The notes beneath the pieces were generated by a model. It did no database searches. It was given only the letters and a program-made list of their open reading frames with translations, and was not told where the DNA came from. From Macrostomum lignano (Eukaryota): a stretch of 64,000 bases of DNA. Shown one piece after another: positions 32,410-44,587 of the stretch. How positions within the stretch are numbered: position 1 is the stretch's first letter; each line of letters opens with the position of its first letter. Made by a program: the position numbers and the translations under genes. The stretch spans positions 62,001-126,000 of the forward strand of contig NIVC01002320.1 of NCBI GenBank assembly GCA_002269645.1, in the 5' to 3' direction.

Positions 32410-34383
32410 ATCCTAGGCTTTGGAGATGTGTTCGGCGCCGGAGTGAAAGGCTCTCACCTGTTTGCGGCACAGCCCGGTGGTGCAATTGCTCTCCCAGTTG
32501 CCCACAGCGACCCTGCCTGAAGGGTAGTTTAGGCCAGAGGATGACGGTCTCTGAGGAGGCCGACCTGGTCCACTAAAAGCGGGTTGGCGGAGCCATACCA
32601 ATTGCAAGAAATAAAGAGCTTCGCAGTTAGGATCACCCAGAATCTCTCGCCCCTGATGGCGCCCAATCTTTGCCTCTTATGGCTATGGCTCACCCCTGCC
32701 TATCCAAAATTACTGCTCTCTTTGTGATGCAGCCCAAGCTTTGTGCTACGCAAAGGGGGATTCCAGTTTTTAGGTGGCCCGGGTCCAGTACCCATGGGGA
32801 ACTCAACCCACTATTCAAAAGGCAGAGCCAAATCCGTGCTTAGGCAACCCCGTTTAACAACAACAGCGGGGCCTGTGAAAGTTCAGCGGTTGGATCTACT
32901 GACCTGATACTTTATTAGTGCACTTCAGCGTTTTTCTCTTGCAAAGTGGAACTTGTGTTTGGCATCGGAATAAACTTTTTACAGATGCGAGATTCTGCAC
33001 CACCTCGTATCCTCTGCTTTAGCCGCTCGAAAACAATGTTTTATCAAGATTAGACTCTGCGAAACCAACGCATTGGCATTGAAGCAGTGTGCAGTCAGCA
33101 TAGTGCACTTCTTTGTCCTTGGAGCAACTGATTTTTCATCTTGGTTAGACGACTTGAATAGTTTATAATTCCATTCTGCAGGCTTCTCCGTTATGCCTTC
33201 ACTGATAACTTTGATAACCCTTACCAACTAAATTTCATCTAAACCTGCATCTCTGACTTGCGTGTTCACTGGCCTTCAGCTTTTGGACCTTCAACTGCTA
33301 TTTGAAGTTTAATAGAGTTCTGTCCAATTGCTGGTTGGACAAATAACCGAAGACGGAAGTTAATGACCAACACATACCAGAGACTGAAATTACTCGTAGC
33401 AGCACGGGACAGTGAATTTGAAACAGTTGGAAGATGGCTGCCCGAGGCGTCTTAAGAGCTTGCCTATTTTTAGAGACAGAACTGGACCTCTTCGTACACC
33501 ACGCGCGCTGAGAAGCCTAAATTATCGATCGTGCAACTGTTTGCGAAAGCGTTCAACGCACACAAGCGCAACAGATTAAGCGGCCCAATTGGGGAGCCAC
33601 CGCACGCAAAATTACACAGACAGACGATACGATGATTTATCTTACAAGTTATTTCAGACGCAGAATCTCGGTATAGCAGTTCCTTCTACTGGAAGTAATA
33701 AATGCGGAGTATACTTGTAGATTCTGAATGACGTGCAGAGTTTAATTTGTCACAGATAAATTTTGAGTTCGAAAATGGAAATAAAAAATCATTGGCCCGC
33801 ACAGTCGCTGCCATGTTCTGCGAGCCTCATCAAGCAACAGGCTTCACCCAAGGCACCCAAGCCAGCAGACGGGAGCATCCGGCCACCAGACTTTTGCGCT
33901 GATGGCGGGATTCAATACCGAATCACAGGCGATTACTTCTGATAAAAATGATCAATGCTAAAATAATAAAGAAACTACTATTCATATTGCAATCAGCACA
34001 ATGAACTATGGAATATGTAAAACAGTATATTATGCAATTTCCAATCGTGCAGCACACTCAAATCTCATCTCGAAATTTTAAAAACTTTTCATTCACGCGA
34101 TGGATTTCGATATCGCTCTCCGTAGCTCTATATAGTACTCATAGTAGCTATTTAACTTGATTTGTTGGTTTTGTCGAAAATGTATATAAATCACACTTGT
34201 GTTCCACCAATGAAAATGAGATTAGCGGTATCAAGACGTTAATCTTCACCAAACACGTGCAGTTTAACCCAGGAGAGAAATTTCGCAACCGAGCCAGCAG
34301 TTTTCACTCCAAAGCACAGCTGCTGCTGCTGCTGTCTCAGTTGCCAAGGAAACACTGAAAGCTGCTCTTCCTCATCAGCTGTC

Positions 34384-37300
34384 ATGGCGCAGCTCTTGGC
34401 GCTGTGCGCTCTGTGTGCAGCTCTTTGTGCTCTTGGAGGCGGTGAGTTGTCTGTCTGCCCTCAATGCCAGATATATTGTAAGCCTTCATCAGTCATGTGA
34501 AGCCCCTGCTCTCTTACAGCGGCGAGCTCCATCAAGTTCAACATCACGACAACAAACATCGCGGCTTCCTGGCAGTCGTCGGCATACAACAACAGGTGCT
34601 TCAGAGACACGGCTGTTCCTGAGCAGTGGGATTACTTTCACACAACGGACACCCCAGACTCTCATGGAAACCAGTGGCTGCTCATTAAGCTGTCCCGTGC
34701 AATCCGTGTGCAATCAGTCACTGTCTATGGCAGGGCAGCAGGTGAGTTGTCTTGTCCACTTCTGTCTCTTCCGCTTCACTTCTTTCTTACTTCTCTTCTC
34801 ACTGCAGTGCCCAGCAGAGCAGAGAACATCGAGATTCTGCTGAGTGACAGACTGCCATCGGGTCTGAATGCGAGCAATGGCAGTTGCTATGGGACTCTGT
34901 CCGGTAGCTTGAGCTCGCTCACTCAGTGCGGAGTCACCAAGGATGAGCAGACTCAGACTCACAAGGTGGCCTGCAGCTACTCTGGCTGCCCGAAAGTGGG
35001 TTTGTCTCCATTTACTCTGTTGTTGCTGAGCAAAGTGCAAAAGGTGCAAATAAATGGGTAAATCACACGAAATTTCAGGTGACTGAGTACATCTTGCTAA
35101 GGAAGAACGTTCGAAACGAATCTGATAAGTACTCGTACATGAACTTTCAAGCTCTGGAAGTCGAAGAAGGTACGACTTTAGTTGAATAAAGCTTAATTAA
35201 GTCTTCATGGGACATTTTTGACTCTAAACAGACTTTCTCTCTTTCAGCATCTCAGAATGCGCAGATTTATAGGTGTGAAGTGTCTGGCGGACACCTCAGT
35301 AACTGCAGACTCAATGCTTTGCAAACTTTGAAAAATGGCGACAGAGCTTATATGAAAGTCTGCTCACCGTGTCAGCTTCCGACAACTGATGCAGCATCTT
35401 GTCACATTGCTGCTCCAAGTGGCAATATCACACAGCTGAGAGTTGTGAGCTCACGGATGAATTTATTTCTTTTTAAATGATTTTCACAGACTATTCGACT
35501 AAATAATAGGAATAAGTGGAATGAGAAATTATGAATGGTAAAAAAATCGTGTTTTTATTCGATTTTAGCCAGTTCCTTAAATTTCTTTCACCATTTTCAG
35601 AATGGGAACCCAGACTTCTTTTTAATTGTAATTTTCATACCGACTGCGGAAAGTCAAGGAGGAAACTTCACGTGTAACTTTAACTGCTCGAACGAGTTGC
35701 CTCAGTCAGCAACTGAACCAATCGGTTTCTTTGGTATGCAGCTTTTGTGTGTACTTTTTACCTTGACAGGTGAATTCGTAAAGCAACCTTCTACTGTTCA
35801 AACTGTTGTAATCTAGGATATTGGTATTTTGCTAGCAGCCTACTATCAGGTGCAGTGCAAATGACACCCTAAAAGCAGGTTGCAGTGCAAATGACACCCT
35901 AAAAGCAGGTTGCAGTGCAAATGACACCCTAAAAGCAAGTGCAGTACAAATGACACCCTAGCAGCAGGTGCAGTACAAATGACACCCTAGCAACAGGTGC
36001 AGTACAAATGACACCCTAGCAGCAGGTGCAGTACAAATGGCAGCCTAGCAGCAGGTGCAGTACAAATGACACCCTAGCAACAGGTGCAGTACAAATGACA
36101 CCCTAGCAGCAGGTGCAGTACAAATGACACCCTAGCAGCAGGTGCAGTACAAATGACACCCTAGCAGCAGGTGCAGTACAAATGGTACCCTAGCAGCAGG
36201 TGCAGTACAAATGACACCCTAGCAGCAGGTGCAGTACAAATGGTACCCTAGAAGCAGGTGCAGTACAAATGACACCCTAGCAGCAGGTGCAGTGCAAATG
36301 ACACCCTAGCAGCAGGTGCAGTACAAATGACACCCTAGCAGCAGGTGCAGTACAAATGACACCCTAGCAGCAGGTGCAGTACAAATGGCACCCTAGCAGC
36401 AGGTGCAGTACAAATGACACCCTAGCAGCAGGTGGGTCATTCCACGAGAGGGTCCCATCATGTTTTTGAACTTTAAGCACTTGTAACTTCTGAGCCATAA
36501 TAGATAAACAAAGCTGCAAACAGCAATATGTGTCAAACTTCTAGTTCTATCTTTTTCACATAGCTGCTTATGAATTCTAAAACAACTGAAAACATAGCAG
36601 AGCGTCAACCGTCAGCATAGTTTATTCTCTGCTATGTGTTCAGTTGTTTTCCAGGTGCAGTGCAAACGGCTGAGCTCATTTTCTGTTGCAGAGGAGAAGC
36701 CCAGAAGTGTCAGCATTGAGCCCAGCAACGGGGTTCAGCTTGGATCAAGGATATTTCTGGCTTCAGGCATGGAGTTCCACTTCAGCTTCATCACAGAAGC
36801 TGCGTACCCAAGTCCCATCCATGCTTGCAGGCTGGTGAGAGCTGCTGAGCAGGAAACTACAGAAGATACTTCAGGTGTTCCACTGCATCCCGTCAGAGAG
36901 GTGAGAAAATCCTGTGCAATCTTAATACTTTCATTCCCCATTCTGATATTCTCATTAAATGCTTTTTCAGAGATCCCTCACTGACGCATCATCGAACAAA
37001 AGCCATGCAATTACCAAGATCTCAGAGTACAGACTCAACATTAGCGCACACATGCAAGCAGCTGGGCAAAAGATACAGTGCGTGTCGACTGTCGGTGAAA
37101 GCAGTGGAAAATCGGTGAAACCAATTTCACTGCCTGAGCTTGTAGGTAAGCAAAATATTGGAGGGAGAGTACTGGCAGGTGATACCTGGAATTTCTCATG
37201 TTAGATGAAGATGAGTTGTGTTGAAATGATAAAAACTGCAGTTCCAAGCAAGCCAGAGTTTCTGCTACCGCCAATCACGGATTGGAAAGACGGCCACTCC

Positions 37301-40300
37301 GTCTCAGTTGCTGTCGACTCAACAACAGACAGCCCTGTTCCAACCAGCCACCGCTGCTTGCTGGAGACTCGAGACGGCAACAGAAGTCTCACCGCTACTC
37401 AAGTGAGTCTTGCTTTGGTTTTATGCTGTCGTGAGGTTGGTTTCGAAAACAAAAACTTTGGCAAAATATTGAATGCTTTTCATCAAATGTCAAATATTTG
37501 ACAATCGTCGTGGGCTGCTGAAGTGATTCGTTCGGTGTTCTAAGCATGAGCATGTTTGAGCATGTTTACTTTCTTTGAATAAATACGAAATTTCTAAATT
37601 GCTACAAATTTCGATTTGTTCTCTTAAAACATTTCCTGTAGTAACTCTGAATCAGTCCATGAGTGTGTGTACAGGACTACTCATTCTTGCATGGTAGAGA
37701 CTTCTCAAATCGAAATTCCAGGTAACAAATAAAAGCTGTAAATTCGAGTTGGATGTTGATAGACACTGGGGAAACGCAGCCTCTCTGGTCTGTTTGGTAA
37801 ATCAATCTGGGCTGATCCAGACATGGACTCGACATCGGCTACCGAAGGTGCTCTGTGAGTCTCTGATGCCATGACTTTCTTCACAAACCTATTTCTGCAT
37901 TTGAAGATTAAGTCACGATTGCATTTTCGAATTCAGACAAGGCCGAAGGGCTGGCCATCCGTATTTCGTCTGGAGACCTGGTGAGTGATGAAGAAGCCAG
38001 CTTCTCAGTGACTGCATCTGACTCAGGATACCCAGCGGCTCTGCACCAGTGCAGAATCGAGAGCAAGAGCCTCGGAGAAGACAAGGTATGAGGCTGATGT
38101 TATTGCTCATTCAGAGTTCCCAACCAGCAGTTCAATGCTACAATTTCGGTTGACCATTCCGCAGACTGCAGAGTCAGACGGCTCAAGTCACTGGAGATTC
38201 ACGCCTCAGCGAGGGCACAACGGTGAACAAATCAGATGCGATGTGGTGCAGAAACTGAGTGGCTCTTTGATATTCAGTCAGACTGTCAACAGCTCTAATC
38301 TGGAGGTTAAATGTGAGGCTCATGCTTTAATCTGCTGCATGCTGTGATCCCGATCGATACAGTAGGGCTGCTTGCACTTCAGACAAGGCAAATGTCACGT
38401 GGCCCAGCAATATCCCTCTGAAAAAGGAAAGAGAGGCTCTGTCATTCGTTGTGCTCGCAGACGGCAACCCAGAGCCCAGCAGTCAGTGCTGGCTGCAGCT
38501 GATATCTGGTGCACAGGTGAGTCTTTGATTTGGGATGATGCTGGTTTCTGGCTCACAGGTGAGTCTTTGATTTGGGAGTGATGCTGGTTTCTGGCTCACA
38601 GGTGAGTCTTTGATTTGGGATGATGCTGGTTTTTGGCTCACAAGTGAGTCTTTGATTTGGGAGTGATGCTGGTTTCTGGCTCACAGGTGAGTCTTTGATT
38701 TGGGATGATGCTGGTTTTTGGCTCACAAGTGAGTCTTTGATTTGGGAGTGATGCTGGTTTCTGGCTCACAGGTGAGTCTTTGATTTGGGAGTGATGAGTG
38801 ATGCTGGTTTTTGGCTCACAGGTGAGTCTTTGATTTGGGATGATGCTGGTTTCTGGCTCACAGGTGAGTCTTTGATTTGGGAGTGATGCTGGTTTCTGGC
38901 TCACAGGTGAGTCTTTGATTTGGGATGATGCTGGTTTCTGGCTCACAGGTGAGTCTTTGATTTGGGAGTGATGCTGGTTTCTGGCTCACAGGTGAGTCTT
39001 TGATTTGGGATGATGCTGGTTTCTGGCTCACAGGTGAGTCTTTGATTTGGGATGATGCTGGTTTCTGGCTCACAGGTGAGTCTTTGATTTGGGAGTGATG
39101 CTGGTTTCTGGCTCACAGGTGAGTCTTTGATTTGGGATGATGCTGGTTTCTGGCTCACAGGTGAGTCTTTGATTTGGGAGTGATGCTGGTTTCTGGCTCA
39201 CAGGTGAGTCTTTGATTTGGGAGTGATGAGTGATGCTGGTCTCTGGCTCACAGGTGAGTCTTTGATTTGGGATGATGCTGGTTTCTGGCTCACAGGTGAG
39301 TCTTTGATTTGGGAGTGATGCTGGTTTCTGGCTCACAGGTGAGTCTTTGATTTGGGATGATGCTGGTTTCTGGCTCACAGGTGAGTCTTTGATTTGGGAG
39401 TGATGCTGGTATCTGGCTCACAGGTGAGTCTTTGATTTGGGAGTGATGCTGGTTTCTGGCTCACAGGTGAGTCTTTGATTTGGGATGATGCTGGTTTCTG
39501 GCTCACAGGTGAGTCTTTGATTTGGGATGATGCTGGTATCTGGCGCACAAGTGAGTCTTTGATTTGGGATGATGCTGGTATCTGGCGCACAAGTGAGTCT
39601 TTGATTTGGGAGTGATGCTGGTATCTGGCTCACAAGTGAGTCTTTGATTTGGGATGATGCTGGTATCTGGCTCACAGGTGAGTCTTTGATTTGGGAGTGA
39701 TGCTGGTTTCTGGCTCACAGGTGAGTCTTTGATTTGGGAGTGATGCTGGTCTCTGGCTCACAGGTGAGTCTTTGATTTAGGATGATGCTGGTTTCTGGCT
39801 CACAGGTGAGTCTTTGATTTAGGATGATGTTGCAGTCTTGGTGTTTCATAATAATCGCTATTTTCGTTCCAGGTAGACCTGCATAAGCTGAAGCATTCTA
39901 TGTTTGAAAGCACCTTCAACGTCACTGTTGATAGGTCAATGAACCGAGCCAATTTGAGCTGTGTTTTGACTCAACCTGGACTTCCATCTTCAACGGAGCA
40001 GAGGTTCACCCAATTGATCACAGTATTTTGTAAGTTTACAGAATCCATTTTCATAGGGTTCACAATGAGGTATACGATTTGTAAATGAGTGCATACTTTT
40101 TGAGCCAATGGAAACATTTCCTGTCGCTTCGGAGGCTCTGACTTGAAGCACTTCTTAAATCATAGACTGAAAAATAATATCGACCCAACCATCTCACAGA
40201 TCAGCCTCAGCCTCCACTCACCATCGGCTTGGCTCAGACTGTCTACGAAGGCACCGACGTCACCTTCACGGTGCGGTCGGGCGCTGGAAACCCCACTGTC

Positions 40301-42723
40301 AACCACAGATGCCACGTGTACAACGGAACAATTGTGAGCGCAATATTTGCTCATCAAATCACCTGACTTGTAGCTTTGATTTAACACAGAGTTGATCATT
40401 CCAGGAAGTTCAAAACAGCATGAAAATCGAATCGGAGTACTTGACAATGGTGAACTATGCACCCAACAGTCATGACACATTTGTGAGCTGCACGGCCGAG
40501 CAGATGCACCGCTCTGAAGTTGTGTTCACCAGCAGCATCAGAAGGAACATCACCGTCAATTGTGAGAAGTCAAATGCCATTTTATTAGCATGCAGCCTGC
40601 CATTTACTTAAAAACCGGAGTATCCACTTTAACTTCAGACCTTGCGCACAACTCCATGGACATCAGTCCGAGAGAAGGAGTTCTTGCTGGAGATCGAGTC
40701 GAAGTGACACTCAAATCTTATGGTGGCCGGCCTGCCGTCACGCGGCATGAGTGTTCGCTTGGAGACTCTGAGCTGACTATGGAAAACGTATGCTTTTTCA
40801 TCACCTGAGTGCTTTTGAATTGACTGTAAACCTTCTTCAGGCATCCTAAATGATCAATTTGGGAATTTTTCTACAGGTAACAAGGCGTCCCACCGAAGTG
40901 AAGTTCACGTTCCGTGCATCGGAAGAGCACGACGGCAAGGTGCTCGCCTGCAAATTCGTCCAGGATGAGCGACTGATTGAGTGGAAGAGAGAGAAACTCA
41001 GCGTCTTCTGTAAGTACAGTTTGAGTTGTTTATTGGTGTGAAAGTATGGGGGTATCTTCTACTTTGAAAAGTAACTCGTTAAGCCACACATTACTGTTTT
41101 CTGTGAGTTCTCTGTCGCGACTTCTCCAACTTTTATATCAATATAAAATCTAATAGAGGCTTGCAGTGCGTTCGTTTTTCCGTTTGCAGTCCGATCGGAG
41201 GTGGATCTGACCGGCTTAAGGATTTCAGGATCCATTGTGCTCGTCAGCATCAATGTGACGGACGGAAACCCGACACCGCTGGTGAACTGCTCGCTGCTCT
41301 CAAGCTCTGGAACTCGACATGTGGGTTCTCAGTGTGCACAGTTGCTCCGCTTCTATTTGCATTGAGTAGCTTTAATGCAGCTGAGCCGGTCTTTTTAGGA
41401 GCTGTCCAGGAATGACTCGACATTGCTGAAAGTCGGACTGCATAAGATGAAAGTCGATCTGTTTTCAAGAGAGCAGTCTAAGTCAGCCAACGTCACGTGT
41501 TCTGTAAAGCAAGACTATGCGGGTTTCAAAAACAGCAGCCTTGTCTTCTTGGCACTCAAAGCTGACGAGAGTTTTCAAGCTAGCGACCAAGAAAGTGAGC
41601 CGATCTCAGCTGCTCGTATTGGTTTTTTCAGCTAGCATGACTTTTTCTGATATTAAAATGTATAAGTGCATTATTTCACCGATTTCTCGTATTAAATAGT
41701 GCGTTGTCTCACACCGCCAAAAGCAGGAGGGTCGGTAGGCGGCGTTGTCGGCGCCACATTCGGAACGCTGTTGGCCTTGGGACTGGTCGGGGCCGCAATC
41801 CTGCTGCTGCTGAGAGCTCGGCGACTCAGGGCAACTGACCGACCCGACAATCGCAGCGGCTACTCCAACGGTAGAAGAGGAGCCAGTGGAGCTGCTCGAA
41901 CGGAACGAGAAAAGCAACAGCCTAGAAAAAAGCAGACCGAAGATCCCACGGAGACTGAGCTGCAGTTCATGGACAAGCACTATCTGTATCCGGTGAGATG
42001 ACCATCATGGGACTTTAATTAACAGATTCCTGATCCCACTGGAACAATTTGTATCCTTGAGCAAGACACTTAACTCTGCATTGCTTCAGTCACCCAGCTG
42101 TAAAATGAGTGCCAGCATTAGCTGGGGTAATTGAGGGGTGTATGACGACCCCACAGTCCTTGGGCTGAACAGCCGTACGCAGCCTTCAGATGCGCCGCGC
42201 AATAGCTCGGCGCAATAGGTTGCACGTCTGGCCCCCTGGGTCAGGTGTAATAAATTATTATTATTATTATACATCTGCAGCATCTCCCTAGCAATATCTG
42301 CAGCCTCTCTCTAGCAACATCTGCAGCATCTCCCCAGCAACATCTGCAGCCTCTGCCTAGCAACATCTGCAGCATCTCCCTAGAAGCATCTGCAGCATCT
42401 TCTCAGCAACATCTGCAGCATCTCCCTAGCAACATCTGCAGCCTCTCTCTAGCAACATCTGCAGCATCTCCCTAGCAACATCTGTAGCATCTCCCTAGCG
42501 AAATCTGCAACGTACCTATTAGCTGTAACCAACACCTACAGTATTCAAAAACTTGATACCATTGCAGAAGCCCCGCATGGAGTACGCTACGGTTGTCAAG
42601 GGCGAACTAATGGAAGAGACCAGCCTAGCCGACAGCACAGAGACAATCTACCTGACCATCGTGGGCTGCACACAGCCTGAGGATGACAAGGCGCCCACAA
42701 TGCAGAAATCTAAGGTCAACTGA
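34384..42723 (+). CDS. Receptor copy 3: signal peptide, lectin-like domain, 8 Ig-like domains, different TM and ITIM-like/ITSM tail (~1140 aa)
   Basis: Exons 1-17, 21 and 22 are open and collinear with copy 1; exons 18-20 are deleted. TM exon 41700-41992 (GGVVGATFGTLLALGLVGAAILLLL-RARR) ends at phase-0 donor CCG|GTGAGA. Last exon 42568-42723 follows CATTGCAG and encodes KPRMEYATVV...TETIYLTIV...KSKVN*. Confidence 0.8.
38500..39830 (+). repeat. 42/43-nt splice-donor repeat, ~31 units (copy 3)
   Basis: First GT at 38517, last at 39806. Confidence 0.95.
42277..42510. repeat. 23-nt minisatellite in the last intron of copy 3
   Basis: Unit AGCAACATCTGCAGCATCTCCCT. Confidence 0.9.
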
Positions 42724-43323
42724 ACCTTCTCGAAATTGAAAAGCGACTGTTTTACAGTTTCAGCTTTTTAATTATGAATATTACAAGGGTTAGACTGTAG
42801 AGGTATGTCTAATTCTTGGCAACAATACAATTTACTGTTTGACAAATCGCTTAACAAATTCTGTTTGTACTTTTGCTTAGACTTTAAAGCGTTACAATAA
42901 TAGCCCCGTTATGAAGCTTTATACCTGTCTCGTATCCAAGACTTTCATCAGCAAAATTCTGCATGAATAAATTAATTAACTCTGCGAGAATGCAGTAAAT
43001 ATACGAGCGTAGATGTAGGAGGGTACATCATATACTAATTCAGAATGTACTAAATGTACTATATATAAGTCTAGCTTATTTATTTAGCTTATGTAGTTTC
43101 CATGTACATGAAAGTTTTGACTCTGAAGTAAGTTTGTGAAATTGCAATTTCAATTTACTTTAGAATCTACGAGTATTCTTTTTATTCCTGTAAATTTTGT
43201 TCCTCGTTATCAACTGTACAATATGTAATTTCCCTGTGTGCTTATTAATTCGTATAATATAGTTTCAAGATTTTCTTATACAGAAAAAATCCCTCAAATT
43301 TGAAGTTTAATAGCCGGCGGTGT

Positions 43324-43475
43324 TTCAGAAGACCTAAATTTCAGAAGATCTGAATTTCATAAGACCTAAATTTCATAAGACCTAAATTTTAGAAGACCTA
43401 ATTTCATTAGACCTAAATCTCGAAAGACCTAAATTTCGAAAGACTTAAATTTCAAGACCTAAATTTCATTAGGCC
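43324..43475. repeat. ~16-nt minisatellite AAGACCTAAATTTCAT with a nearby inverted copy (~43523-43540)
   Basis: Direct repeats; a related motif recurs at ~62497. Confidence 0.75.
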
Positions 43476-44587
43476 TAAAGTTCACATCGTGAAAAGTGGA
43501 GGCTGATAACTTGGTGACAAGAAATTTAGGTTTTCTGAAAATTTGGCGTTCTGATGTGGCGTTTGACGAATTTTATTTTTAACGATGTGAAATATTGGGG
43601 TCCTATGAATTTATGAAAGTATCCAAAAAACGGCTACTACTCGTAAAATACCCGCTACAGTTAAATAAATCGCCCACACTGTGAAGTTGAACGCAGATTT
43701 GTTTTACTGCGAGATTGGTTGCCACCGATAGACAAGCCCTCGCTTCGGTTTCCGCTGCTATCCGTTGATTCAATAATTAAAAACGAGAATTTAGCTGCCG
43801 GCACAAACATTTGAGACACTGCATGGTTTGCCTCGACCAAATATGCACGGAGTATATTGTGAGCGATGCATATCAGCAGCCATGCAATTCAACTAAGAAC
43901 TGTACAGTGTACATTGGAAAATGCTGCAATTGCAGAGAGACAGTTTTGGTATATACAATTGATAAGCATCAATTCAGTTGAACATAGTAACCATAGAAAT
44001 CAGGATGGGCCGAAAGCCCACGCAGCTATACTGTAGGTTGCAGCATACTGTTTGAAAATTGGCAAAATTTAACAATTTACAAGCAATAATTGCGTACATG
44101 AAAGTTGAAGCTTAAATTATCATTGATGTCAGCGCGCGAATGCAAAGATGCAGCGAAAAATCTGTGAAATTATACACAAATATATTTTAGGGGGTGACCC
44201 TCTAGAAGTTACGGCTATCAACAAGTATAGTTTATCTTATCTTCAGGTCTTACACAGCAGGTATTTGTTTAATTGGGAGGTTGCAAGTTTAAATTTGCGT
44301 TTTCTTAAATGGATTTTTGTCTTTTTTTGCGTTCGTCTGTGAACTCATGAAAAGCCACCTTGCACCAAACACGACTGCTCTGGCTTCATGCAAGAAGGCG
44401 TCCTTTAATAAATGCGCCAAAAACTAAAGGTTCCCAATCTCACTAATGCATTTTAATGCGACATTGAGCCCTCAAAAATGAGCTGTCAAAAAAGAACGTC
44501 AGCGTTACGTTCTGATACAATTGCGCAATTTCCAATGGTTCTTGGGCCAAAAGTCGAACTAAAGACCGAACTAACATATCAGCAAGC

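Noticed and set aside
32413-32867. Possible RTE/SINE piece with an HDV-like ribozyme
   Set aside because: I could not assemble the P1-P4 nested pseudoknot, and there is no coding evidence to classify it.
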